Part shown: piece by piece, positions 1-8,368 of the stretch | Layout: the number at the start of each line of letters is the position of its first letter | Numbering within the stretch: the first letter of the stretch is position 1 | IMG/VR virus record: IMGVR_UViG_3300033067_000511 | Location: 1-35,315 of that record | DNA: 35,315 bases | Source: a virus | Taxonomy: Duplodnaviria; Caudoviricetes | Strand: one strand, 5' to 3' | The notes under the pieces: model-generated | Database searches by the model: none | What the model was told of the DNA's origin: nothing | The model's input: only the letters and a program-made list of their open reading frames with translations | Translations under genes and position numbers: made by a program

Positions 1-90
1 CAGCTTTTGATCCAGTTCCATGACGACATGGTCAAGACCAAGGATGGCTACTTCGGAGATTGGGAGGTCCAGTTCAATGCCGAGGTTTAA
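1..90 (+). CDS. Hypothetical protein, 3' end (partial)
   Basis: Frame 1 open from window edge (QLLIQFHDDMVKTKDGYFGDWEVQFNAEV*), phage-like codon use, overlaps next start. Confidence 0.55.
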   Translation, partial: QLLIQFHDDMVKTKDGYFGDWEVQFNAEV

Positions 91-259
91 CCACGCCTAC
101 GACTTCGCGTTCGAGGTCATATCCTTTGACGAATACGCCGAGGATGTGACGCCCGCGATGTTGCGGGCTTCACTGATCGAGCGGGCGACCCGTATCTCGG
201 ACGACGAGATCATGCAAGCCTGCGACTGCTTCGACACCTATACTATAAGTGAGGATTGA
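77..259 (+). CDS. Hypothetical protein (60 aa)
   Basis: ATG at 77 with GGAGG SD at 63-67. Confidence 0.75.
   Translation: MPRFNHAYDFAFEVISFDEYAEDVTPAMLRASLIERATRISDDEIMQACDCFDTYTISED
238..249 (+). promoter_or_regulatory. Repeated promoter-like motif copy 1 (CTATACTATAAG)
   Basis: Near-identical to motifs at 2305, 12881, 17239; contains a TATAAN -10-like hexamer; upstream of ORF 290. Confidence 0.6.
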
Positions 260-289
260 AGAACCAGCATATACCCGTATGCTACTTTC

Positions 290-844
290 ATGCGTATAGA
301 AATCCTCGCCGCTCGTCTGGCAGAAAAGACGAGAACTCCGCAACTCGCGGACTTCATTCTCGGCAAGAAGCCGATCACCGAGCTTCCCAACGACTGCATG
401 ATCTGGACCGGCAAGAGCACTCCTGCCGGTATCCGCACTGTCATGGACCGGGACTGCAACAACATCCCCGTCCGCTACCGCACGGTGCGCCGCGCGATGG
501 GTCAGATCCAGGCAAACGGCAAGTCTGAATACGTCCACCGTCTGGTTTTCAAACTCCTGACCAAGCCCGACTTCGAGTTCCACATGCGGAACATCTGCGG
601 CCAGTCGCTGTGCTGCAACCCGAAGCATTGGGACGTCTCAACCATGACGCCCGAGCTGATCCTCGACACCAGCGAGTGGACGCCGGAAGAGGTCGAAGAA
701 ACGGTCGATGCGATGCTCGGCCGATACGAGATCACGAGTTGGGATGATGTTCGCGTCAACCCGCTCATGCAGGACATTCCCGAGAAGATGATCGTGGAGT
801 GCCTGATCAAACTCAACAAGGAGCATCTGACTTGGAAAACCTGA
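290..844 (+). CDS. His-Me finger (HNH/zinc-binding loop) endonuclease-like protein, possibly catalytically degenerate
   Basis: CMIWTG...YVHRLVF...MRNICGQSLCCNPKHW matches the C-W-G / HR / H-x-C-x4-C-x-NP-x-H pattern, with the usual His replaced by Asn. Confidence 0.7.
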   Translation: MRIEILAARLAEKTRTPQLADFILGKKPITELPNDCMIWTGKSTPAGIRTVMDRDCNNIPVRYRTVRRAMGQIQANGKSEYVHRLVFKLLTKPDFEFHMRNICGQSLCCNPKHWDVSTMTPELILDTSEWTPEEVEETVDAMLGRYEITSWDDVRVNPLMQDIPEKMIVECLIKLNKEHLTWKT

Positions 845-1098
845 AGGAAGTTTTGGAAGGCATGTTCAAAGGAGCAGTCATCCAAGGCGCGCAAATGACC
901 GGGATCAACACCAACCAGTTGATCCCGATCTTCCTCGAATACATCGCCTACCAGATGTATCAGCTTGCCCCGCTCGAGCTCGAAGAGTGGATCAAGCTGA
1001 TCCCCGATCAGTGCAGAACCCCGAACGACCCGCTGCCTGAGATGTGTCAGGCCCGCGAAGATCTCATGCTGACCTTGGAACTGGTGACCAACACATGA
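832..1098 (+). CDS. Hypothetical protein
   Basis: TTG start at 832 with AAGGAG SD; stop overlaps next ATG. Confidence 0.7.
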   Translation: MENLKEVLEGMFKGAVIQGAQMTGINTNQLIPIFLEYIAYQMYQLAPLELEEWIKLIPDQCRTPNDPLPEMCQAREDLMLTLELVTNT

Positions 1099-1364
1099 AG
1101 CATTACATCAGCAAGCATTTCGATGTGGACGGGTGGGTCTACATCGAAGACGTCAACTTCTGCTTCGAAGTGGAGACCGACGTGGCGATGGCCGAACCCT
1201 ACTCATGGGGCGAGTCACGCGGCGACGAGACCGAGATTTCCAGCATCAACATCACCGGTGTTCAGATCGGTGGTCTGGTGCTGACCGAAGACCAAGCCAC
1301 GAAGATGTTTGGCCCCGAGGCGATCGAGAGGATCTGCAACAGCCTCAACCTTCACGACCTGTAA
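1095..1364 (+). CDS. Hypothetical protein
   Basis: ATGA overlap with upstream stop; codon bias. Confidence 0.75.
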   Translation: MKHYISKHFDVDGWVYIEDVNFCFEVETDVAMAEPYSWGESRGDETEISSINITGVQIGGLVLTEDQATKMFGPEAIERICNSLNLHDL

Positions 1365-1388
1365 CGCCCATCAATCCGAGAGGATCAC

Positions 1389-2087
1389 ATGTTTATCATC
1401 TACGACGGCCCGTCGCTCATCGACGGGATGCCCATCGTTGTCATCGTCACGATCGACTCCGACAATGCCAAGACCGGCGACATGCTCCAGACCTGGATCA
1501 TGCGGTCTGACATCGACCCAGTCACCGCTTCCCGCACCGGTGCCGACTTCTCCATCTGTGGCAACTGCCAGCATCGCGGTCGGCCACACAACGGTGCGAC
1601 CGGCTGGGCCAAGGAGCGGTCCTGCTACGTCAACCTGGTGTTCTCACCAAATGGCATTTTCAAGGCGTTCAAGCGCGGTCGCTACCAGCACACCGACGAG
1701 CTTCGCGAGGTCGGCCGCAACCGGCTAGTCCGCATCGGTTCCTACGGCGACGGTGCCGCTGTGCCGCAGCGTGTGTGGGACGAGCTCTGCTCCGAGGCTT
1801 CCGGCTGGACTGCCTACACCCATCAGGGCAACACGCGGCCAGATCGCTTCATGACCAGCGCCGACACGCTCTCTGACGCGCAGCAAGCCTGGGGCCGCGG
1901 TGAGCGCACCTTCCGTGTGCTCAAGACCGCTCTCGATCTGCAGCCCAACGAGATCCTGTGTCCCGCATCCGAGGAAGCTGGCAAGCGCACCACCTGTGCC
2001 AACTGCAAGCTCTGCGCCGGTGCGTCGATCGCAGCCAAGAACATCGGCATTGTCGCCCACGGCAGTGGGGCCCGACACTTTGCTTGA
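1389..2087 (+). CDS. Cys-rich phage protein (GP88-like; possible Fe-S/Zn-binding)
   Basis: GAGGA SD; motifs NAKTG, CGNC..CY, RIGSYGD, YTH, CP..CANCKLC, HG; family assignment tentative. Confidence 0.7.
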   Translation: MFIIYDGPSLIDGMPIVVIVTIDSDNAKTGDMLQTWIMRSDIDPVTASRTGADFSICGNCQHRGRPHNGATGWAKERSCYVNLVFSPNGIFKAFKRGRYQHTDELREVGRNRLVRIGSYGDGAAVPQRVWDELCSEASGWTAYTHQGNTRPDRFMTSADTLSDAQQAWGRGERTFRVLKTALDLQPNEILCPASEEAGKRTTCANCKLCAGASIAAKNIGIVAHGSGARHFA

Positions 2088-2439
2088 TGTTGTGTGCCTG
2101 GCCCTCACGATCTTCCTCGAGGCTCGTGGGGAGCCGATCAACGGGCAGTATCAGGTGGGCGCGGTGATCCTCAATCGCGTTCACTCCGAACAATTTCCCG
2201 ACACGGTTTGCGAAGTCACAAAACAACCGAAGCAGTTCGCAACCGGGATCAAGACTGCAGGCACCGCAGAAGAAATCGCAACGGCCGCGTTCGTGGCCGT
2301 TGACCTATACTATAACTATCTTCCGAACGCAGAAGTGCTCTGGTTCTACGATCCAGATGAAGCTAACCCTGATTGGGCGAAGCGGCTGATCCCTGCGTTT
2401 GAAGTCGGCAATCACCTTTTTCTTCGGAGAAAACCATGA
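2080..2439 (+). CDS. Cell wall hydrolase, SleB/Hydrolase_2 family
   Basis: CLALTIFLEARGEP..GQ..VG.VILNRV....FPDTVCEV..QP.QF and C-terminal GNHLF; TTG start overlaps the upstream gene. Confidence 0.9.
   Translation: MLDVVCLALTIFLEARGEPINGQYQVGAVILNRVHSEQFPDTVCEVTKQPKQFATGIKTAGTAEEIATAAFVAVDLYYNYLPNAEVLWFYDPDEANPDWAKRLIPAFEVGNHLFLRRKP
2305..2316 (+). promoter_or_regulatory. Repeated promoter-like motif copy 2 (CTATACTATAAC)
   Basis: Inside the SleB gene, ~120 nt upstream of ORF 2436; AT-rich island in GC-rich coding sequence. Confidence 0.5.
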
Positions 2440-2729
2440 AGTTCCTGCCTCTTCTCGCGTTCGTCAGCGCACCCGCCTTCGCTCAGGACGATCCAACGCA
2501 GCCATGTGCGCTGGTCGGTGAGATCGCCGGTCAAACTCTGGATGCCTACAGCGTGGGCGTTCCCATGAGCGACCTGATCGAGATCGCTGACAACGACAAA
2601 TTGCTCATCGCCATCATCATGGATGCCTACGATGAGCCTCGGTATTCCACCTCGGAAGTTATGGCTTCGGCCAACTTCGAGTTTCGGAATAAGTGGGAGC
2701 ATGCTTGCTTCCAAGAACTCAGCAACTAA
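2436..2729 (+). CDS. Secreted/periplasmic hypothetical protein
   Basis: Sec signal peptide MKFLPLLAFVSAPAFA|QDD; two Cys; ATGA overlap. Confidence 0.8.
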   Translation: MKFLPLLAFVSAPAFAQDDPTQPCALVGEIAGQTLDAYSVGVPMSDLIEIADNDKLLIAIIMDAYDEPRYSTSEVMASANFEFRNKWEHACFQELSN

Positions 2730-2740
2730 GGAAAAACTAC

Positions 2741-3187
2741 ATGTTTGGTAAACTCAAGGAAATGATCGGCTCTGGCGCAAACAAGCTGGCCGGTAAGACG
2801 GATCTTCTCGAAGGCATCGCCGCCGGAGGCATCCTGGTCGCCGCCTCGGACGGTGAGATGGAATCCGAAGAAGTCGGTGTTCTGATCGAAGGCCTGCAGG
2901 GCCACGAGACCCTGTCCAAGGCGTTCACGCCGACGCAGATCGAGCAAGCCGTCGACAAGATGGTCAAGCGGGCCTCGCCCAACGCAGCGGGCAAGATCGG
3001 CATGGTCGGCAAGCTGGCGCTGGAGAAAGAGGTCAAGGAAGTCAAGGCGAAGTCCAGCACCGAAGAGATCCAGATGATGCTGGCACTGCTGGTCGACGTG
3101 GCCGACGCCAACGGTGGCATCGGTGCTTCCGAGAAGGCCGCGATCAACAAGATCAGCGGCATGCTGGGCCAGGGGAATATCGTCTGA
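2741..3187 (+). CDS. terB: TerB-like (tellurite resistance) protein
   Basis: AAGGA SD; LVAASDGEMESEE and VADANGGIGASEK duplicated TerB motifs. Confidence 0.88.
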   Translation: MFGKLKEMIGSGANKLAGKTDLLEGIAAGGILVAASDGEMESEEVGVLIEGLQGHETLSKAFTPTQIEQAVDKMVKRASPNAAGKIGMVGKLALEKEVKEVKAKSSTEEIQMMLALLVDVADANGGIGASEKAAINKISGMLGQGNIV

Positions 3188-3342
3188 TGTTCGACTGGGT
3201 CAAGGACAAGATCGCCGAAGTCACGCTGACCGCTGCCATCGGCCTCGCCGCGCTCCAGGTCATCACTCCGATGTTCATCGACCTGATCTTCGACGGTCTG
3301 ATCATCGGCCTGATGTGGGTCAGCGCCAAGGCGAACGACTGA
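3187..3342 (+). CDS. Small membrane protein (51 aa)
   Basis: TGATG coupling to terB; MFDWVKDKIAEVTLTAAIGLAALQVITPMFIDLIFDGLIIGLMWVSAKAND; below the ORF-track cutoff. Confidence 0.8.
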   Translation: MFDWVKDKIAEVTLTAAIGLAALQVITPMFIDLIFDGLIIGLMWVSAKAND

Positions 3343-3349
3343 AACTGAT

Positions 3350-3371
3350 GAAGGGGCCTACGGGCCCCTTC
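3350..3371 (+). terminator. Intergenic hairpin GAAGGGGCC-TACG-GGCCCCTTC (terminator or stabiliser; no U-tract)
   Basis: 9-bp perfect stem with cUACGg tetraloop immediately after a stop codon. Confidence 0.6.
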
Positions 3372-3394
3372 TCCAACCTATGGGAAACCATGTC

Positions 3395-3742
3395 ATGTAT
3401 GAAATTTACTGGAACCTGCATCGCAAGATGTTCAGCGTCCGACACAAGGGCAAAGTCATCGACCACGCCCACAGTGTCAACGCTTTCGGGGCCGAGTTCG
3501 TCGTCCAACCAGCTGGCCAGCGCCGTGTTCGCGAGACCGGCCACAAGACGATCCACGCCTTCGTCCGCTGCCGGGAGATCGAGACGCTCGAGCCTGGTGC
3601 GCCGCCGCTGATCTTCCGCAAGCACAAGGTCCGCTACGACCCGAAGGTCAACGACACCTTCCTCTGCGGCGACGAACCGATCTACGCGGCCGACGCCGTG
3701 TCCCTTCGCATCCACAACCGACACCCGGAGATCCTCATATGA
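3395..3742 (+). CDS. Conserved phage hypothetical protein
   Basis: YWNLHRKMFSV...G..RV....KTIHAFV pattern recurrent in phage proteins; alternative start 3380. Confidence 0.8.
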   Translation: MYEIYWNLHRKMFSVRHKGKVIDHAHSVNAFGAEFVVQPAGQRRVRETGHKTIHAFVRCREIETLEPGAPPLIFRKHKVRYDPKVNDTFLCGDEPIYAADAVSLRIHNRHPEILI

Positions 3743-3981
3743 GCGTCTATCAGATCGACCTCAAGGTCGCAGCGACGGCCTATGTCCGCGCTAACAGCAA
3801 GCGCGAAGCCATAGACGCGCTGAAAGAACAGGTCAGTGACCGCTACGGCACCGACATCGTCGACTTCGAAGTTTCGGAACTTCGTCTCGACAGCGAAGAA
3901 CTGCCCGACATCAGCCTGTCACCGGCCATGACCGTGTGGGGCCCGTGGGGCGACTGGAATGACATGGAGTTGGCAGAATGA
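3739..3981 (+). CDS. Hypothetical protein
   Basis: GGAG SD, ATGA overlaps at both ends. Confidence 0.8.
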   Translation: MSVYQIDLKVAATAYVRANSKREAIDALKEQVSDRYGTDIVDFEVSELRLDSEELPDISLSPAMTVWGPWGDWNDMELAE

Positions 3982-4178
3982 GCAGAGACGAAGACTTCGT
4001 TGACATCGACGGAGCAATCGAGGCGCGGACGGACAAGGCTATCCTGTTCCACACCGGCGACAAGACGCAGGCCGTTTGGTTGCCGAAGAGCCGCATCCAG
4101 ATCGAAGACAGCGGCATCCCCGAGATCTTCACGGTGACCATGCCCGAGTGGATGGCGCTGGAGCGGGGGCTGATCTGA
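3978..4178 (+). CDS. Conserved small phage protein
   Basis: TDKAILF...VWLPKSRI...TMPEWMALERGLI pattern; GGAG SD; coupled. Confidence 0.85.
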   Translation: MSRDEDFVDIDGAIEARTDKAILFHTGDKTQAVWLPKSRIQIEDSGIPEIFTVTMPEWMALERGLI

Positions 4179-4363
4179 TGATCGACATGCGTGGGATCGA
4201 ATACCCGCTGATGGCAGGACTTGGGTCGATCGTGGCATTGGCCACGGCCACACCCATCCTCGCCGTGCTGGCTCTGTTCTTCCCGGCCCTGTGGGCCTGG
4301 GTCTTCGTGCCGGTTGGTGTCGGGACTTTCGTCGGCCTGATCGCGGCAGCGTTCATGAGATGA
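4178..4363 (+). CDS. Small membrane protein
   Basis: TGATG coupling; two hydrophobic stretches. Confidence 0.75.
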   Translation: MIDMRGIEYPLMAGLGSIVALATATPILAVLALFFPALWAWVFVPVGVGTFVGLIAAAFMR

Positions 4364-4551
4364 CCTACGACCTCGGTCGGTGGGTCTGTGATTGCTGCGG
4401 CTCGACCGATGAGTCGGTCGAGCACTACCACCAGAACACCCAGTATGTGAACGAAGAAAGCAACTGGGTGACGCTCTGCGCGCCCTGTCGCAAGGAGAAT
4501 GACGATTATTGGGAGGCCATGTGGGCTGAGTATTACGCAGGGAGACTATGA
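4360..4551 (+). CDS. Small zinc-finger protein (CxxC...CxxC, mini-HNH-like spacing)
   Basis: CDCCG...EHYH...NWVTLCAPC; ATGA overlap. Confidence 0.75.
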   Translation: MTYDLGRWVCDCCGSTDESVEHYHQNTQYVNEESNWVTLCAPCRKENDDYWEAMWAEYYAGRL

Positions 4552-4751
4552 AAGATTATCTTGGGCAGGAAATCCACATTGGATCGAAGATCCTGTGGTC
4601 TGGCGGACAAGGCCAGTATGCGGGCTTTGAGCAAGTCTTCGAAGTCCTGAACGTCACAGCGAAGCAAATCACCATCCAGCGGAAGAATCATCGTCGGAAG
4701 ACGTCGGTCCATCCGTTGGACGTGGTGGTGATCGACAAGTTGCTGCCGTGA
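4548..4751 (+). CDS. Hypothetical protein
   Basis: GGGAG SD, ATGA overlap. Confidence 0.8.
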   Translation: MKDYLGQEIHIGSKILWSGGQGQYAGFEQVFEVLNVTAKQITIQRKNHRRKTSVHPLDVVVIDKLLP

Positions 4752-4933
4752 AACTGGTCGTCCGTAACATACCACCAGAAGACTGGCTTGCTGCTGCACG
4801 GTTGGCGCAGCAGTTCATGAAAGAATATCCAGACCGGATAGGTTTTTCGAACTTCGTCTACTACCACGGCGAAGGTCTGCCCGGTCGGATTGTCTACCGA
4901 ACCAAAACATCAATCATTGTGAGAGGAACATGA
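4748..4933 (+). CDS. Hypothetical protein
   Basis: GTGA overlap; fills the gap between coupled genes. Confidence 0.7.
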   Translation: MKLVVRNIPPEDWLAAARLAQQFMKEYPDRIGFSNFVYYHGEGLPGRIVYRTKTSIIVRGT

Positions 4934-5301
4934 TGTATCTGCACGACTGGAGTGAGAAACGCGACATGGTGCGCGACTTCGCCGGTTTCTATCACGACAG
5001 CGACATCGACAAGGCTATGCCTGGTTACGACCACGTCGATGTGCTGCTGGCCAGCTATTCCTACCAGAACTACTCGGGCGATGCCTTCGTCCTGTATCGC
5101 GACACCCGCGATGGGAAGCTCTACGAGGTCCACGGATCGCACTGCTCCTGCTACGGCCTCGAGGGCCAGTGGGCACCCGATGTCTGCGATTTGGAAAGCC
5201 TGCGCCACCGGCTGACGGAAGGCAACCTCGGCAAGTCCGACTGGGCGGGCAACGTCTTCGACAAGCAACTGGCCGAAGTTCTGAAAGGGTTGGAAGCATG
5301 A
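4930..5301 (+). CDS. Conserved phage hypothetical protein
   Basis: GAGGA SD; LLASY...YSGDAFVLY....KLYEVHGSHCSCYGLEGQW motif. Confidence 0.85.
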   Translation: MMYLHDWSEKRDMVRDFAGFYHDSDIDKAMPGYDHVDVLLASYSYQNYSGDAFVLYRDTRDGKLYEVHGSHCSCYGLEGQWAPDVCDLESLRHRLTEGNLGKSDWAGNVFDKQLAEVLKGLEA

Positions 5302-5747
5302 GCCCGACCCTCGAATACACCGAAGCCCTGGTCCGCATGAAACTCGCGGGCCAGGTTGACGACGCTGGCGTCCCGATGGCTGACCACATGATGCGCGTTC
5401 ACGCGCGGGTCGCCCAATACGACATCGAGACCCAGCACGTCGCATGGCTGCACGACATCGTCGAAGACACCGACGTGACCGGCGGTGACCTCTTCGACAT
5501 GGGCTACAGCGAAGCCGTCGTCGAGGCTGTGCTGCTGCTGACCAAGCCAGAGAAGATGCCCTACGCGGAATACATCGACCGGCTGTGCCAGTCGGGGAAC
5601 CACCGCGCCCTTCTCGTCAAGCTGGCCGACAACGCGGACAACACTGATCCGAAGCGTTGGCTCTACCTGAACACCTTCAAGGCGCAGGCGCTGTCCAAGC
5701 GTTACCACGGCGTCCGCGAGAAACTTCTGAAAGCATTGGAGAACTAA
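5298..5747 (+). CDS. HD-domain phosphohydrolase (RelA/SpoT HD / small alarmone hydrolase-like)
   Basis: GQVDDAGVP...H..RV, AWLHDIVEDT, LLTK, VKLADNADN. Confidence 0.88.
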   Translation: MSPTLEYTEALVRMKLAGQVDDAGVPMADHMMRVHARVAQYDIETQHVAWLHDIVEDTDVTGGDLFDMGYSEAVVEAVLLLTKPEKMPYAEYIDRLCQSGNHRALLVKLADNADNTDPKRWLYLNTFKAQALSKRYHGVREKLLKALEN

Positions 5748-5749
5748 TC

Positions 5750-6283
5750 ATGAACATCCAAGACACCCTGAACAACCTGGCCCAGATCGGCAAAGAGGTC
5801 CAGGAACTGCAGCGCAAGGCGAAGCAAGCCCGCAAGGCGGCGCTGGAGCCATTCCTCGAGGCGCTGGCCGCATCGGGCGAGGTCTCGATCATCACCGTCC
5901 GCGGCTACACACCGTCCTTCAACGACGGTGAGCCCTGCGAACACGGGGCCGACTTTTGGGTCAACATCGACCAGCACTGGGGCGACGAGGTCGACATGAC
6001 CGAAGAGATCGGAGAGATCTTCGAGGGGCTCCAGAAGACCTACGTCTACGAGCGGCCGAGCTACACACGCATCGAGATTCCCGAGGCGATCGAGGCCAAC
6101 CGCAAGCTCTGCGCCGAGCACGGCCACGTCTTCGACAGCCCCTCGGACGAGATCGTGCAGGCGATCAGCGCCGTGATCTATGACTCGATCGAAGAGGATT
6201 TTGGGACGAACTACTACGTCGCTTTCGTTCTCAAGGATGGCAAGTTCGAGCGCACCGAGGGCGAGTATGACCCCGGTTACTGA
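5750..6283 (+). CDS. Conserved phage hypothetical protein
   Basis: GGAG SD; GYTPSFNDGEPC motif; N-terminal coiled coil. Confidence 0.85.
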   Translation: MNIQDTLNNLAQIGKEVQELQRKAKQARKAALEPFLEALAASGEVSIITVRGYTPSFNDGEPCEHGADFWVNIDQHWGDEVDMTEEIGEIFEGLQKTYVYERPSYTRIEIPEAIEANRKLCAEHGHVFDSPSDEIVQAISAVIYDSIEEDFGTNYYVAFVLKDGKFERTEGEYDPGY

Positions 6284-6827
6284 GCACCCCCGCTGGTATA
6301 ACGCAGAACGGAGGGGCGAAACGCCCCTCCACCTCCCCGATTGGGTGAGCCATGAAGACTTCCCTCGCGAAGACTTCAAGTATGCTGACGCGGAGTATGT
6401 CTACTGCCGCACCAATCCGCTTGTGCAGCACATCATCGAGTCTGCTCCGCTAACCAAGCGGTTCAGGCGCGTCCTGATCGACGTCAAGGTCCAGGATCTC
6501 CACCCAGAGATCTGCTCCTGCCTGCCAGGTTGGCATCTGGATGGCTCGATGCAGGAGATCGAGGTCCACCATCTGTGCGTCCTGAACGGCCCGCAGACGG
6601 AGTTCATCAACGAGCCGCTGTTCCTCGACCAGCACCACAACATCCCCGACGACGTCAGGATCGCGCCTGCCCGCGAGGGCTTCATCACGACCTTCACCAG
6701 CCTCGACTTTCACCGAGGCGTGTTCGCCACCAAGCCCACCCGCCGCCTACTGGTGCGTCTCACCGAGACCAACATCATCCAGCCGCGCAACAAACCCCAA
6801 CCCCCGAGCCAAGGAGCCATTCGGTAA
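6267..6827 (+). CDS. Putative 2OG-Fe(II) oxygenase-like (double-stranded beta-helix) protein
   Basis: PGWHLDG (HxD) ... FHRG (distal His) ... RLLVR (2OG-binding Arg); start uncertain (6267 or 6345). Confidence 0.7.
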   Translation: MTPVTEHPRWYNAERRGETPLHLPDWVSHEDFPREDFKYADAEYVYCRTNPLVQHIIESAPLTKRFRRVLIDVKVQDLHPEICSCLPGWHLDGSMQEIEVHHLCVLNGPQTEFINEPLFLDQHHNIPDDVRIAPAREGFITTFTSLDFHRGVFATKPTRRLLVRLTETNIIQPRNKPQPPSQGAIR

Positions 6828-7156
6828 TGCCGGTAACAATGATCTGGAAGATCTTCGCCGAAGAAAAACCAAAGCATAATCAAGACATCCTTTGGCTCCA
6901 GGTCCGTAGCTCGTTCGCGGCTTATGGATTTGATCCAAAAGAAATCACTGTGGAATACCAGTGGGAGGAGGTCGATGCGGAAGGTTACCCAACCGGCACT
7001 GGAATCATCTACACCGAGGGGGACGAGCCCCCTGAAAACTGTCGCATGATCCTCCTGGCTGAGGGGTGGGAAATGCAAGAGACGGACTTGTGGATGGCTG
7101 TTGAAGACTACGACCGATTCCTGATTGAAAACATCCCACAACTGAAAGGGGAATAA
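6827..7156 (+). CDS. Hypothetical protein
   Basis: TAATG coupling, AAGGAG upstream. Confidence 0.8.
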   Translation: MPVTMIWKIFAEEKPKHNQDILWLQVRSSFAAYGFDPKEITVEYQWEEVDAEGYPTGTGIIYTEGDEPPENCRMILLAEGWEMQETDLWMAVEDYDRFLIENIPQLKGE

Positions 7157-7161
7157 CTCAA

Positions 7162-7425
7162 TTGACCGAAGAAGAACGCATCGCCAAGGAGAAAGAAGAT
7201 GTCCTCCAACTGGCCGCTGCCATGTCCACAATGCAAGGTGCTTTGCAGCGCATCCGACTTCTCGAAGAGAAGCTGAAACACGCTGACAACGCCTTCGAGT
7301 TGTTCCAACGACACCTTGGCGAGAAGCTCATGGTCGAGTGGTGGCGCGACGGTGGATGGAAGCCGACCTTCGCACACAAAGCCATTCAGGATGTCCGCGA
7401 TGGCATCAAGAAGGTGCTGCCATGA
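7162..7425 (+). CDS. Hypothetical protein
   Basis: TTG start with AAGGGG SD; coiled coil. Confidence 0.7.
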   Translation: MTEEERIAKEKEDVLQLAAAMSTMQGALQRIRLLEEKLKHADNAFELFQRHLGEKLMVEWWRDGGWKPTFAHKAIQDVRDGIKKVLP

Positions 7426-7703
7426 ACGAAGCGCAACGAGAAGAGATCGCCCGCATCCTCGAACTGGTTGCGGCCGAAGGCCTGCCCCACCCGCGCAACC
7501 TCGACGCTGCGCTGGACGCGATCGCGGAAATCTTCCCGCACCGTGTCCTCGTCCCAGCCCACGACCACTCCTACCGCTGGGCCGATCTGCGGCACCAGAA
7601 GGTGTGCGTCAGCGATTACAGCCGGGGCTTCGTCTACGAGTATCACGGCGACGAATACGTCGATGAAGGCTTCCGTGTCGAAGAGCATTGGGTCGCTGTG
7701 TGA
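7422..7703 (+). CDS. Hypothetical protein
   Basis: ATGA overlap, AAGGTG SD. Confidence 0.75.
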   Translation: MNEAQREEIARILELVAAEGLPHPRNLDAALDAIAEIFPHRVLVPAHDHSYRWADLRHQKVCVSDYSRGFVYEYHGDEYVDEGFRVEEHWVAV

Positions 7704-7831
7704 CCCCCTTCGAGCGCGAACTTCGGGAACTCGGCCTGATCGAGAAGCCCAAGCAGAAACCCAAACCGGAGCCCGTCGACCGGACTCCGACTGACCCTTG
7801 GTGGAAGAGAGGCGAAGAATGTCCACACTGA
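7700..7831 (+). CDS. Small hypothetical protein (43 aa)
   Basis: GTGA overlap; MTPFERELRELGLIEKPKQKPKPEPVDRTPTDPWWKRGEECPH; fills the gap. Confidence 0.6.
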   Translation: MTPFERELRELGLIEKPKQKPKPEPVDRTPTDPWWKRGEECPH

Positions 7832-8220
7832 ACCAACAGAACTGGGGCTGGTATGTCGGCCACACCGACGAAGAATACAACAGCGGCCCCTACCAGACTC
7901 GTGCCGAGGCGGTGCAGATCGCCAAGGAAGAGTATGAGGGTGCTTACATCGCAGAGGCCTACAAGCAGCCCGAGTCTTTGGCATCCTACTTCGACGCAAA
8001 TCGGTTCCTTGAGGAAGCCGAGGAAAGTGCTTACGATATGGCAAATCCTGACGGCGACCCTATTTTCGACGCCACTGCAGCGCAGATCAACGACCTGGAG
8101 AAGCGAGTGCGGGCGACGATCGAGCGGTGGCAGGAAGACCATAAGCTGGTGTTCATGCCTTGGATGTTCACCGACTCACGCAACGAGGAGTTCATTGATG
8201 GCGAAATGGGAGATTCCTGA
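7819..8220 (+). CDS. Hypothetical protein
   Basis: GAGG SD; acidic; GPYQTRAEAV motif. Confidence 0.8.
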   Translation: MSTLNQQNWGWYVGHTDEEYNSGPYQTRAEAVQIAKEEYEGAYIAEAYKQPESLASYFDANRFLEEAEESAYDMANPDGDPIFDATAAQINDLEKRVRATIERWQEDHKLVFMPWMFTDSRNEEFIDGEMGDS

Positions 8221-8368
8221 CAACAGGGATCAGAAGCGGATCAAGCAACTCGAGGAAGCTCTCGCAGCCTACCTCGAAACTGATGAAACACCGGACGACG
8301 ATCCATCGGAGTTTGGCGACATAAAACGAACAGCGAAGGCACTTTTGCAGAAAGGAGGGCCCCGGTAA
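8198..8368 (+). CDS. Small hypothetical protein (56 aa)
   Basis: GAGGAG SD at 8185-8190 before ATG 8198. Confidence 0.7.
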   Translation: MAKWEIPDNRDQKRIKQLEEALAAYLETDETPDDDPSEFGDIKRTAKALLQKGGPR

